From: Candidatus Woesearchaeota archaeon
GTDB lineage: Archaea > Nanobdellota > Nanobdellia > Woesearchaeales > GW2011-AR9
Reading direction: 5' to 3'
Length of the DNA: 64,000 nucleotides
Assembly: GCA_018655525.1 (NCBI GenBank)
Contig: JABIJM010000008.1
Coordinates: forward strand, 20,836 to 84,835
The position numbers and the translations under genes were made by a program. Shown here in pieces: positions 31,390 through 39,936 of the stretch. Below the pieces are notes generated by a model that was not told where the DNA came from, ran no database searches, and saw only the letters and a program-made list of their open reading frames with translations. Every line of letters starts with the position of its first letter. Within the stretch, counting starts at the first letter, position 1.

Positions 31390-31857
31390 TCACTTTAGAA
31401 TAATAATGTTGGTCATGCCACGCCTTTTACGTTCAATAAGCCCTTTTCCTTCTAATTTATCTAAAACCCTGGACACTTTTACTTTACTTTGTTTTGTTTC
31501 TTTAATAAGATCACTTTGGTACACCGAACCATTTTCTCTAAGTACAATATTCATGATTATTCTTTCTGCTTCATCCAAGTTTTCTAAATTTGGTTGGTTA
31601 GAGAGTTTAGGTTTCTCTAAATTTTTTGACCCATCTTTAAGGAAAAAGGAAACTACGCCTCCAAGAACTACTAAAAGAGCAACTAACCCATAACTAATTT
31701 GTTTCTGAGTATCTAATGTTACTTGCATTGGGCAAGATACGCCATGTGTACAAGACATGCTCACAATTGTTTCTAATGCATTGTTAAAAGACATAACTAG
31801 GAAGAAGATAAGTACAGCGATTCCGATTACAAGGAATCCTACATGTTTATTTTTCAT
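31390..31857 (-). CDS. Membrane-anchored winged-HTH transcription regulator with a Cys pair in the extracytoplasmic segment
   Basis: TM helix at the N-terminus. CTHGVSCP. Second TM helix. C-terminal MarR-like wHTH (VSRVLDKLEGKGLIERKRRG). Confidence 0.5.
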   Translation of the reverse strand: MKNKHVGFLVIGIAVLIFFLVMSFNNALETIVSMSCTHGVSCPMQVTLDTQKQISYGLVALLVVLGGVVSFFLKDGSKNLEKPKLSNQPNLENLDEAERIIMNIVLRENGSVYQSDLIKETKQSKVKVSRVLDKLEGKGLIERKRRGMTNIIILK

Positions 31858-32875
31858 TGTGGTTGTGAATGTTTTTTCGCATTCTTTTGAGATATATTTC
31901 TAATTTCTTTTTAATATCTTCCTTTAATTTTGATTCAAAAGATAATTTTTCAATTCCATGATTCCAATCTATTTCTGGAATCCGAGTAAGTGAACCTACA
32001 AAATTTCTATTTGCAAGAGTTGCTTGATTTTCAATTCCTTGCGCTATCTCTGTTCCAAATAATTTTAATGCTTTAAATTTTGAAATGGAATTTGAACCTG
32101 CTTTTAATAATAAAGGAATTCTTTCTAAACGGTCCTCCCAGATTCCACATTGGATATCTAATGTAGGAAATTCTATTCGTAATTTTGCAATCCACCAAGC
32201 TTGTTGTTCTTCGCTTGGAATTTCTGCATTTTCAAAAGGTGTGCCTTTTTGTGGGATTAAACCATAAACATGAATTTTATGGATATCATATGTTGTAATA
32301 AACTCAGCTAATAAAGAAAAATCGGATTTTACTTCACCCATTCCTACAATAAAAGTCATTGCTCGTTGTAAATCAAATTCTTTAGAATTTTCAAACATCA
32401 TTTCATATGGTTTCAAAGGTTTAGAAGGACAAACTTGTTTATGTAAAATAGGATTTATTGTTTCTGTTGAACCAACAACACCTTTAATGTATGGTAAATA
32501 TCGTTGTAATAATAATTTAGATATTGGCCCTATTGAAAGCCAAATTTTTTCATTTGTGATTTCATAAATTGATTTTAAAAGAGATTCTAATTCGTCTGGT
32601 TTCAATGCACCAATGCCACCTGTAAAGAACCCTATGTCCCATCCAAGATGTTTACATAGAATAAATTCTGCTAAGATAGATGAGTTACTTCGTTTTGTTT
32701 CTTGGACTACTTTTTCTAAAGGTTGTGTGCTCATGTAACAAAATGTACAATCTCCAATCATGCATCCCCAACTAAAGAATACTGCTCGTTCAAAGGTTAC
32801 AGAGTTGTTGAAATTTTCTGTATAAATCTTTTGAGCTTGTTCTATTAGTTGTGGTGTTTCACTGAAATCTTCCAT
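31847..32875 (-). CDS. Radical SAM-like enzyme (non-canonical Cx4Cx2C cluster motif)
   Basis: FFSWGCMIGDCTFCYM near the N-terminus, followed by a TIM-barrel-like pattern. Confidence 0.45.
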   Translation of the reverse strand: MEDFSETPQLIEQAQKIYTENFNNSVTFERAVFFSWGCMIGDCTFCYMSTQPLEKVVQETKRSNSSILAEFILCKHLGWDIGFFTGGIGALKPDELESLLKSIYEITNEKIWLSIGPISKLLLQRYLPYIKGVVGSTETINPILHKQVCPSKPLKPYEMMFENSKEFDLQRAMTFIVGMGEVKSDFSLLAEFITTYDIHKIHVYGLIPQKGTPFENAEIPSEEQQAWWIAKLRIEFPTLDIQCGIWEDRLERIPLLLKAGSNSISKFKALKLFGTEIAQGIENQATLANRNFVGSLTRIPEIDWNHGIEKLSFESKLKEDIKKKLEIYLKRMRKNIHNHNEK

Positions 32876-32949
32876 ATGCTTCTTTTCTTTGGGTTACTTT
32901 ATAATATTTATGAGAAATTTATATAAATAACAACTAATACATAAACAAT

Positions 32950-33366
32950 ATGAAAGTAATAAGCGCATGTTTAGCTGGCATTGAATGCCGATATGATGGA
33001 AAAGGTAAGCCTAATTCTAAAATCATTGAGTTAGTTAAAGAAGGAAAAGCCATTCTTGTTTGTCCAGAACAATTAGGAGGATTGTCAACCCCAAGAACTC
33101 CTGCAGAACAGAAAGGAGACAAAGTTTTAACTACAAAAGGAGAGGACATCACTAAAGAATTTGAAAAAGGTGCAGAAGAAGCCTTGAAAATTGCAAAAAT
33201 GGCTGGGTGTTCAAAAGCAATCTTAAAGGCAAAATCCCCTTCTTGTGGATATGGAATGGTTTATGATGGAAGTTTCACAGGAACTTTAAAAGAAGGTAAT
33301 GGTGTTTTCGCTGAGCTTCTTAAAAAGAATGGATTTAAGATAATTACTGAAGAAGATTTAGTATGA
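32950..33366 (+). CDS. DUF523 family protein (TudS-like, 2-thiouracil desulfidase family)
   Basis: MKVISACLAGIECRYDG...ILVCPEQLGG, a conserved DUF523 Cys pattern. Confidence 0.6.
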   Translation: MKVISACLAGIECRYDGKGKPNSKIIELVKEGKAILVCPEQLGGLSTPRTPAEQKGDKVLTTKGEDITKEFEKGAEEALKIAKMAGCSKAILKAKSPSCGYGMVYDGSFTGTLKEGNGVFAELLKKNGFKIITEEDLV

Positions 33367-33412
33367 GATTTCTATAATACAATTTAAAAAGAACACCTCA
33401 AATATCACTTTT

Positions 33413-34669
33413 ATGAACAAATCAATAGAAATCATGGCACCTGCTGGATCGTACGAATCACTTATGGCTGCAATCAATGCTGGTGCGAACTCTGTGTACT
33501 TTGGGATTGAGCAGTTGAATATGCGAGCGAGAGCTGCAAATAACTTTACAACAGAAGATTTGAAGAAAATTGTAAAGATTTGTAAGGAACATAATGTGAA
33601 AACATACCTTACCTTGAATACAATTATGTATGATCACGATATTACGTTAATGAAGAAAATTTGTGATACAGCAAAGGAAGAAGGTGTAACTGCTGCGATT
33701 TGTAGTGATGTTGCTGCGATGTCCTATGCAAAAGAAATTGGCCTAGAAGTTCATATCTCTACACAAGCAAATGTCAGTAATTTTGAAACTGTGAAATTTT
33801 ATGCGCAATTTGCGGATGTTATCGTATTGGCACGAGAACTAACATTCAAACAAGTTAAACGAATAACAGAAAATATTGAAAAAGAACAAGTTAAAGGACC
33901 TTCAGGAAATTTAGTGGAGATTGAATTATTTATTCATGGAGCCTTGTGTGTCGCTGTTTCTGGAAAATGCTATATGTCTCTTGCAACGTACAATTCTTCC
34001 GCAAATAGAGGAGCATGTTTACAAAATTGTAGAAGGTCTTACAAAGTTATTGATGAAGAAACTGGCGATGAATTAGTTATTGATAATAAATATATTATGT
34101 CTCCTAAAGATCTTTGTACGATTGGATTTATTGATAAGATTCTAGATTCTGGTGTAAAGGTATTAAAGATTGAAGGAAGAGGACGTGCGCCGGATTATGT
34201 TCATACAACTGTAGGATGTTACAGAGAAGCTGTTGATTCTTATAAAGAAGGAACGTATACAGAAGAAAAAATTAATGTATGGACTAAAAGATTAGAGACG
34301 GTGTTTAACAGAGGTTTCTGGCATGGTGGTTATTATTTAGGAAAACAACTTGGTGAATGGAGTGGCATTTATGGTTCTAAAACAACAAAAGAAAAAAAAT
34401 ATCTTGGATTAGCAAAAAATTATTTTATGAAACCTAAGATTGCCGAATTTCAGTTAGAAGCTTTTGAAGTAAAAGTTGGAGATGAAATCTTAATTACAGG
34501 TCCTACCACTGGTGTAATTCAAATGAATATTGAATCTTTATTCAAAGATGAGAAAAAGGTAGATTCTGCTGTAAAAGGAGATGAAATTACGTTTCCAGTT
34601 TCTGAGAAAGTACGACCAAATGATAAATTATTTTTAATTGTGGATGTGAAAAATGACAAACCTAATTGA
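33413..34669 (+). CDS. Peptidase U32 family protein (RlhA/TrhP-like RNA hydroxylation family)
   Basis: N-terminal IEIMAPAGSYESLMAAINAGANSVYFG signature of the U32 family. 418 aa. Confidence 0.8.
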   Translation: MNKSIEIMAPAGSYESLMAAINAGANSVYFGIEQLNMRARAANNFTTEDLKKIVKICKEHNVKTYLTLNTIMYDHDITLMKKICDTAKEEGVTAAICSDVAAMSYAKEIGLEVHISTQANVSNFETVKFYAQFADVIVLARELTFKQVKRITENIEKEQVKGPSGNLVEIELFIHGALCVAVSGKCYMSLATYNSSANRGACLQNCRRSYKVIDEETGDELVIDNKYIMSPKDLCTIGFIDKILDSGVKVLKIEGRGRAPDYVHTTVGCYREAVDSYKEGTYTEEKINVWTKRLETVFNRGFWHGGYYLGKQLGEWSGIYGSKTTKEKKYLGLAKNYFMKPKIAEFQLEAFEVKVGDEILITGPTTGVIQMNIESLFKDEKKVDSAVKGDEITFPVSEKVRPNDKLFLIVDVKNDKPN

Positions 34670-34898
34670 ATTACGGAAAGAAATTGATGCAATTAATGAA
34701 CAATTAATGAGTTTGTTAGAAAAACGTATTGAAATTACAAAAAGAGTTATGAGTTTTAAGGATAAAGAAGGTATTGAGAGATATGACAAAATACGAGAAC
34801 AAGAAATTGTTGGGAAGCTATGCAATAATCATAATTTAGATAAAACATTTATTGAAAAAATAATGAAATTAATTTTTGAGGAAGCAAAAAATGCCTAA
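34653..34898 (+). CDS. Chorismate mutase (AroQ class)
   Basis: 81 aa. LRKEIDAINEQLMSLLEKRIEITKRV...RE.EIV matches the AroQ helix-1 pattern. Overlaps the U32 gene by 17 nt. Confidence 0.6.
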   Translation: MTNLIELRKEIDAINEQLMSLLEKRIEITKRVMSFKDKEGIERYDKIREQEIVGKLCNNHNLDKTFIEKIMKLIFEEAKNA

Positions 34899-35115
34899 AA
34901 TTGCGCATTACCGAGAAAAATGTATTGGATGTAATTCTTGTGTGGAGCAGGCACCAGATAGATGGAAAATTTCTGAAGCTGATGGAAAATCTATATTAAT
35001 TGGATCAAAAAAGAAAGGTGAAGTTTTTGTAACTGAGATCCGTATGGATGAATTAGAAGCAAATGAACGTGCTGCAAGAGATTGTCCTGTAAGGATTATT
35101 AAAATTCTAAAATGA
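34876..35115 (+). CDS. Ferredoxin (single [4Fe-4S]/[3Fe-4S] type)
   Basis: CIGCNSC...CP cluster-binding pattern. 79 aa. Overlaps the chorismate mutase gene by 23 nt. Confidence 0.6.
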   Translation: MRKQKMPKIAHYREKCIGCNSCVEQAPDRWKISEADGKSILIGSKKKGEVFVTEIRMDELEANERAARDCPVRIIKILK

Positions 35116-35639
35116 ACCCAAATAGATTCAAAAATCTTGTGGAGATTTGTCATAGAGAATGGTTAAGTAAATCTGTAGGAATTCCTTCTTCACATAAGTA
35201 TGGTGTAGATCTTCTAAGTGATGAAATTGGTATTGAACTTAAATCCAGATTACGAAGAAGAAATAAAAAAAATGAAGTTCTACAAGGAAACAGTCGCTTT
35301 GCAGTTCACGAATACCAAGTTCCAGGATTTCCAGAAGAACATCCTAATGTTGATTTATATTGGGCATTTCTTTTTTATGACCTTGGCATGTCTGTTGATG
35401 ATGTTCCTCCTTACTACACTCCTAGAGAAATTGAACCACATATCTCTGGAAGAGAAGCATGGTTTTTCAATTGGGAGTGGATTGATTCATTCCCTGTAAG
35501 TTATCCTAAAACTGGCCCTTATAGATATGTTGGGATAAAAGATTTTCCTGAACCTTCTCTTTGTGAGACATTAAAAGTTAATGAAGGAAGAATTTATTTT
35601 AATCCAGAATCAAATTTAAGAAAAAAATTAAAAATTTAA
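35112..35639 (+). CDS. Hypothetical protein (possible PD-(D/E)xK-like motif D..x..ELK)
   Basis: 175 aa. Overlaps the ferredoxin stop. No firm motif. Confidence 0.4.
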   Translation: MNPNRFKNLVEICHREWLSKSVGIPSSHKYGVDLLSDEIGIELKSRLRRRNKKNEVLQGNSRFAVHEYQVPGFPEEHPNVDLYWAFLFYDLGMSVDDVPPYYTPREIEPHISGREAWFFNWEWIDSFPVSYPKTGPYRYVGIKDFPEPSLCETLKVNEGRIYFNPESNLRKKLKI

Positions 35640-35644
35640 AAAAA

Positions 35645-36133
35645 TTATTCTACAATAATCTTTCCTTTCATACTGCCATGGCCTTCGCCACAAAATACAT
35701 TGCAAGAAAATGTATGAGTTCCAAGGGTATTCGCTACGAATTCTACGGTTTTTGTTTCACCTGGATTGAATTTAACATCAACATCAAATTCCTTTAATGA
35801 AATGCCGTGTGTAACATCTTCACTTGTAATTGTTAATTTAACGTTATCTCCTTTCTTTACTTTGATTTCTGAAGGGATAAATTCCCATTTCTTTGCAACC
35901 ATTGAAATTTCAACTACATTATAGTCCTCCGGCGGAATTAAAGGTTCTTCCATTTCATTTACTTCTTCTACAACCGTTTCTTTAGTATCTTCGTTTCCTT
36001 CTGTTGGCATTTCCGTTGTTGTGGGCTCTTCTGGCATTTCATAATCTGGAAAAGATGTTTCTTGACAACCTGAAATAACAAAAGAAAGAACCATAATAAT
36101 TCCAATTAAAATTACATTTATTTTTTTCATCAT
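35645..36133 (-). CDS. CuA-type cupredoxin lipoprotein (cytochrome oxidase subunit II-like domain)
   Basis: Lipobox ISGCQ. CuA ligand pattern H...C.VFCGEGH..M (VTHGISL ... FSCNVFCGEGHGSMKG). Confidence 0.6.
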   Translation of the reverse strand: MMKKINVILIGIIMVLSFVISGCQETSFPDYEMPEEPTTTEMPTEGNEDTKETVVEEVNEMEEPLIPPEDYNVVEISMVAKKWEFIPSEIKVKKGDNVKLTITSEDVTHGISLKEFDVDVKFNPGETKTVEFVANTLGTHTFSCNVFCGEGHGSMKGKIIVE

Positions 36134-36194
36134 ATCTACCTCTAATCAATATATGAAAAAAAGAATTATATAAATCTTATGAAGTTTGTAAAAA

Positions 36195-36830
36195 TTAACA
36201 ATGAACTCCCTTTTCAATTCTTCCAGAAGTCAAATCAACTGTAAATAATCCTTCATTTTCTTGGGAACAAAGAAATTCTTTGCTACCTTCATTATTTTTA
36301 ATTGTTTCATAATAAGTATGTTTCATAAATCCGATTTTTTTCTCTGATTTCGCACATTTTTGGAACTTTAATTCTGAAAGGATATACATCTCATAAGTTC
36401 CATGGTGCGCTTTGTCTTGTCCAATTTTATTTAAGCAAGTCAATTCGTCTCTAAAATTAGAATCTTCATCTGATGCTGCAAGTTGTACAGCAAATGATGA
36501 ATCTGAAAGTAACCTATAAGGAGGTTTTTGTTCATACATTTTTGTGATTTCTTCAATAAAATTTATTTCGTCTGCAATTTCCCCGGCTATTGCCTTTACA
36601 CCTAATTTTGTTTCTAATGTTAATAATGTTGGTTGCTCTAAATAGACATATGTTTGAAATGAGTTTGGATAAAGATTTTGTAAATTTTCAGAATAATCTT
36701 GTGTTTGAATAGAAATTGCTGCGCCGGTTAAATTTTCAACACCATCTAGTGTTAGAAATAAAGATACAACGAGAAATGCAATAACTAAAATACTATAAAA
36801 CTTTAATTTTTCAACATCTTGCTTTCCCAT
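36195..36830 (-). CDS. Membrane-anchored hypothetical protein
   Basis: N-terminal TM anchor. 211 aa. Confidence 0.4.
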   Translation of the reverse strand: MGKQDVEKLKFYSILVIAFLVVSLFLTLDGVENLTGAAISIQTQDYSENLQNLYPNSFQTYVYLEQPTLLTLETKLGVKAIAGEIADEINFIEEITKMYEQKPPYRLLSDSSFAVQLAASDEDSNFRDELTCLNKIGQDKAHHGTYEMYILSELKFQKCAKSEKKIGFMKHTYYETIKNNEGSKEFLCSQENEGLFTVDLTSGRIEKGVHC

Positions 36831-36864
36831 CTTAAGAAAAAAGAAGTTTTGTGCATTTATAAAT

Positions 36865-37260
36865 TTATCCTAATACCTTATTTCTAATAATAGAACTTTT
36901 ATGTTGATGTGTTTTGTATGGTTGTCCACGTAATACGGGTAAATTAAATTTTTCTTTTAATAATTTTTCAATTGGAGGATGATCATATCCTAAAAAAATG
37001 ATGTCTGGTTTTTTTTCTTCAATAATTTTAAAATGATCTTCTTGATTTCCTAAAACCGCTTCATCTACTATTTTTAAACTTGAGATTAGTTGTAACCGTT
37101 CATGTTCGCAGAATGCAATGTCTTTTTGTTCTTGTTTTTTAGTGGAATCTCTGGCTAAAACAACAATCAGATAATCGCCATGATTTTTTGCTTGTGTAAA
37201 ATAATCTAAATGGCCAATATGTAATAAATCAAATGTTCCAAAACATATTACTTTTTTCAT
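36865..37260 (-). CDS. ribL: Cytidylyltransferase-fold nucleotidyltransferase, archaeal FAD synthetase RibL-like
   Basis: GTFDLLHIGH (HxGH). Collinear with M. jannaschii RibL (VLARD, FLGYDH, LRGQPYK). Overlaps the downstream gene by 4 nt. Confidence 0.6.
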   Translation of the reverse strand: MKKVICFGTFDLLHIGHLDYFTQAKNHGDYLIVVLARDSTKKQEQKDIAFCEHERLQLISSLKIVDEAVLGNQEDHFKIIEEKKPDIIFLGYDHPPIEKLLKEKFNLPVLRGQPYKTHQHKSSIIRNKVLG

Positions 37261-39305
37261 TTGTCTGTTAATTTAGCTTTATGAATTATTAATCTTCCGG
37301 AACAAGATGAATCCATCACAATCTCTGTGTCTAAAAGTTCTATCTTTTTATTGAATAATGGACAATCCAACACAAGAGATTCAAATTCTCCGCCTTCACC
37401 ATTTACCATAATTCCTTTTATATTGTTTAATTTATGTAATGTGTCTTCAGTTACAATTTGATTTAACCAAGAATCATCAAATCCGTCTGCAGCTACTGCA
37501 GACAAGACAAATGTAAATTTCTGTTGTAATAGTTCTTTCATTTCTTGTGCTGGGTCCTTGTGCCATAATGGAGAAAATATTTTTAATCCCAATTTGTCAC
37601 AAATTTTTTCTATACGGTCTCGTTGGTATGTTGAAAATACTGCGCCGGAAACCACACCTTCAATTTTGTATGTGTCTTTCGCATTCTGTAATGCTAACTC
37701 TAAATCTTGAAGTTCTGTTTCTTTTTCCCCTTCTGTTTCTTGCTCTATTAAAGATAAATTCATTGCTTCTGCTTGTAATTCAACCATATTGACAGATGCT
37801 GTTTGAAACATATAAGAATCTGGATTTTTTGATTTCATAGTAATTAAACATGTTAAATCATAATTCTGTCGTTTCATAATATGTGCTGAGTAACATGAAT
37901 CTTTACCAGAGCTGAATAAGACGCCTAATTTGACATTATGTGAAGGATAAAATTGTTTCAAGTATTCGGATTTTGATTTTTGTTCTTGTTTTGCAAGTTT
38001 CCCTAATGCAAAATCAAATTTGCTTCCATATTGTGCAGCTGTTTTCTTTCTGAATGCAAATTCTTTAGAAATTCCTTTGGATTGTGCAATGTCACGAAGT
38101 ATGAATTTTGCCGTTTCTTCTTTGATTTTATGTTCTTCTGGAATTTTAAGAGAAAATTTTGCTAAATTTCTATCTAAGAATGGTAAACGTAATTCCATAT
38201 TTTGATCCATTGTGATTACATCATCTCTGTATAAATCGCGTTCATACATTTTTAATAAGCCTGAAACACATTCTTGATTGATGTTTGCAGATTTTTTATG
38301 ACGATCATATCCTGCAAAAATTTCTTCAGAACCAAGACCAGAGAAGATTACCTTACATCCATCTTCTTTTGCAAGTTCACATGCAAGATAGAAAGTTAAC
38401 GCAACACCTACTTTCACAACGTTAGAATCTTCAATTAAAGGAACGATTTTTTCTAAGTAAGGTTTGATTTCTTCAATGGTTACTTTTTTAATCTTTAATT
38501 TTAAACCTAATTCTTTTGCAACTGCTTGTGCTGCAACGAGATCTGAAGGATCTTTATTTTCCGTATCTAAAACTGCCGTGTAACAAGTGAAATCGTAGTT
38601 ATTGTCCTTAAAATGTTTTGCAAGGAACGTTGAATCAATACCTCCAGAGAATAATAAGCCAAATTTTTGGTTTGGAATTCGTTTTTCAATTGCTTCGCTA
38701 AGTAATGTTTCTGTTTGTTGTTTTAATTCTTCATAAGATTCTTGATGTTCAGGGAAGTATGTTACAAATGTCCTATTCTTGAAAGATATTTCTTTTGTTT
38801 CTATGTTATATGAAAGAATACTTCGAGGATTTAATTCTTGTATGTCAATATAACCGAGTTTTTCCAATACTTTCTTTTCTGATGCAAATGCAAATTGATC
38901 TCTATTATGAATGAACCACAAAGGTTTTACACCAAATAAATCTCGTGCCAAAATTACAATGTCATCTTTGATGTATGCAAATGCAAATACGCCATCTAAT
39001 TCTTCTATATGATGATTTTGATCTAAGAATTTTAATACAAGTTCTGCATCATTTTGCGCATTGAGATTATATTTTTGTGATAATTCTTTCCAATTATAAA
39101 TTTCGCAGTTTGCAGTAAGGATTCCTCCTTCTTGTAACGGTTGTGGCACATGATTGACAACTGCGTGTAAAGTATGTCCAATGACTCCTTCTTTAAGTTC
39201 TAAGATTTTAGAAGCATCTTTTCCCCTATTTTTAAGAATAGCTAACGCTGTTTCTACTTGTTGTTTAGCCTGTTCATGATGAAATATTCCTATGATGCCA
39301 CACAT
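37257..39305 (-). CDS. Asparagine synthetase-like glutamine amidotransferase fused to a C-terminal Dph6/MJ0570-like PP-loop ATPase domain
   Basis: N-terminal Ntn Cys (MCGIIGI), AsnB PP-loop SGGIDS, then a second PP-loop SSGKDSCYSAHIM...EGVVSGAVFSTYQRDRIEKICDKLGLKIFSPLW...GEGGEFESLVLDCPLF, typical of diphthine-ammonia ligase-family proteins. Confidence 0.7.
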   Translation of the reverse strand: MCGIIGIFHHEQAKQQVETALAILKNRGKDASKILELKEGVIGHTLHAVVNHVPQPLQEGGILTANCEIYNWKELSQKYNLNAQNDAELVLKFLDQNHHIEELDGVFAFAYIKDDIVILARDLFGVKPLWFIHNRDQFAFASEKKVLEKLGYIDIQELNPRSILSYNIETKEISFKNRTFVTYFPEHQESYEELKQQTETLLSEAIEKRIPNQKFGLLFSGGIDSTFLAKHFKDNNYDFTCYTAVLDTENKDPSDLVAAQAVAKELGLKLKIKKVTIEEIKPYLEKIVPLIEDSNVVKVGVALTFYLACELAKEDGCKVIFSGLGSEEIFAGYDRHKKSANINQECVSGLLKMYERDLYRDDVITMDQNMELRLPFLDRNLAKFSLKIPEEHKIKEETAKFILRDIAQSKGISKEFAFRKKTAAQYGSKFDFALGKLAKQEQKSKSEYLKQFYPSHNVKLGVLFSSGKDSCYSAHIMKRQNYDLTCLITMKSKNPDSYMFQTASVNMVELQAEAMNLSLIEQETEGEKETELQDLELALQNAKDTYKIEGVVSGAVFSTYQRDRIEKICDKLGLKIFSPLWHKDPAQEMKELLQQKFTFVLSAVAADGFDDSWLNQIVTEDTLHKLNNIKGIMVNGEGGEFESLVLDCPLFNKKIELLDTEIVMDSSCSGRLIIHKAKLTDK

Positions 39306-39393
39306 AGGTGACTATTTGGAGGGATTTTTTATAAAGATATAGACAAAAACAGTTCATTTTTGTGTTGTAGAGAATCTAAGTGTTTATTAAATT

Positions 39394-39936
39394 GTGAACG
39401 TCAATAATATTATGGTTGAAGATCAATTATCCTTATTAGATTACAAGCCGCCAGTGCAAGGACAATTATTTGATCATAGAAATCTTCCCACAGAAGTTTC
39501 GGATAAACCTCCATGGAGATTAGGGTCATTTGAAGGAAGAATAGAAGTGTATGCTGTTGAAGATTATTATACTGAATTATGTAGGAAGGAATTAGATAGA
39601 ACTAAGCGATTTCTTTTAGGAAACAAGGTTGAAGAATCACATGCACCACTTACCCATCAACCTTTATATCTAGACGAACGTGTATATGGATTACGCTTTA
39701 TTGGATCTGGCGAAGCAAAGAATTACAAAACTACAAGATCTTTAGCACAGGCATTGAAAAAATTTAATTTCTTGAAAGATGGAATCAGATGGAGGCATCC
39801 TTATGGTAAAGACACATTGTTAGAAGAATCCCGTGGTCAAATTGTTGCAAAATGGACCCCTAGAAAAGATCATGTTAGAGTTAAATGTTATCTTACGATT
39901 GATGAAATTTTGGAGATTGAAGGTTTTCTAATCTAA
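39394..39936 (+). CDS. Hypothetical protein
   Basis: 180 aa, no motif. Confidence 0.4.
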   Translation: MNVNNIMVEDQLSLLDYKPPVQGQLFDHRNLPTEVSDKPPWRLGSFEGRIEVYAVEDYYTELCRKELDRTKRFLLGNKVEESHAPLTHQPLYLDERVYGLRFIGSGEAKNYKTTRSLAQALKKFNFLKDGIRWRHPYGKDTLLEESRGQIVAKWTPRKDHVRVKCYLTIDEILEIEGFLI

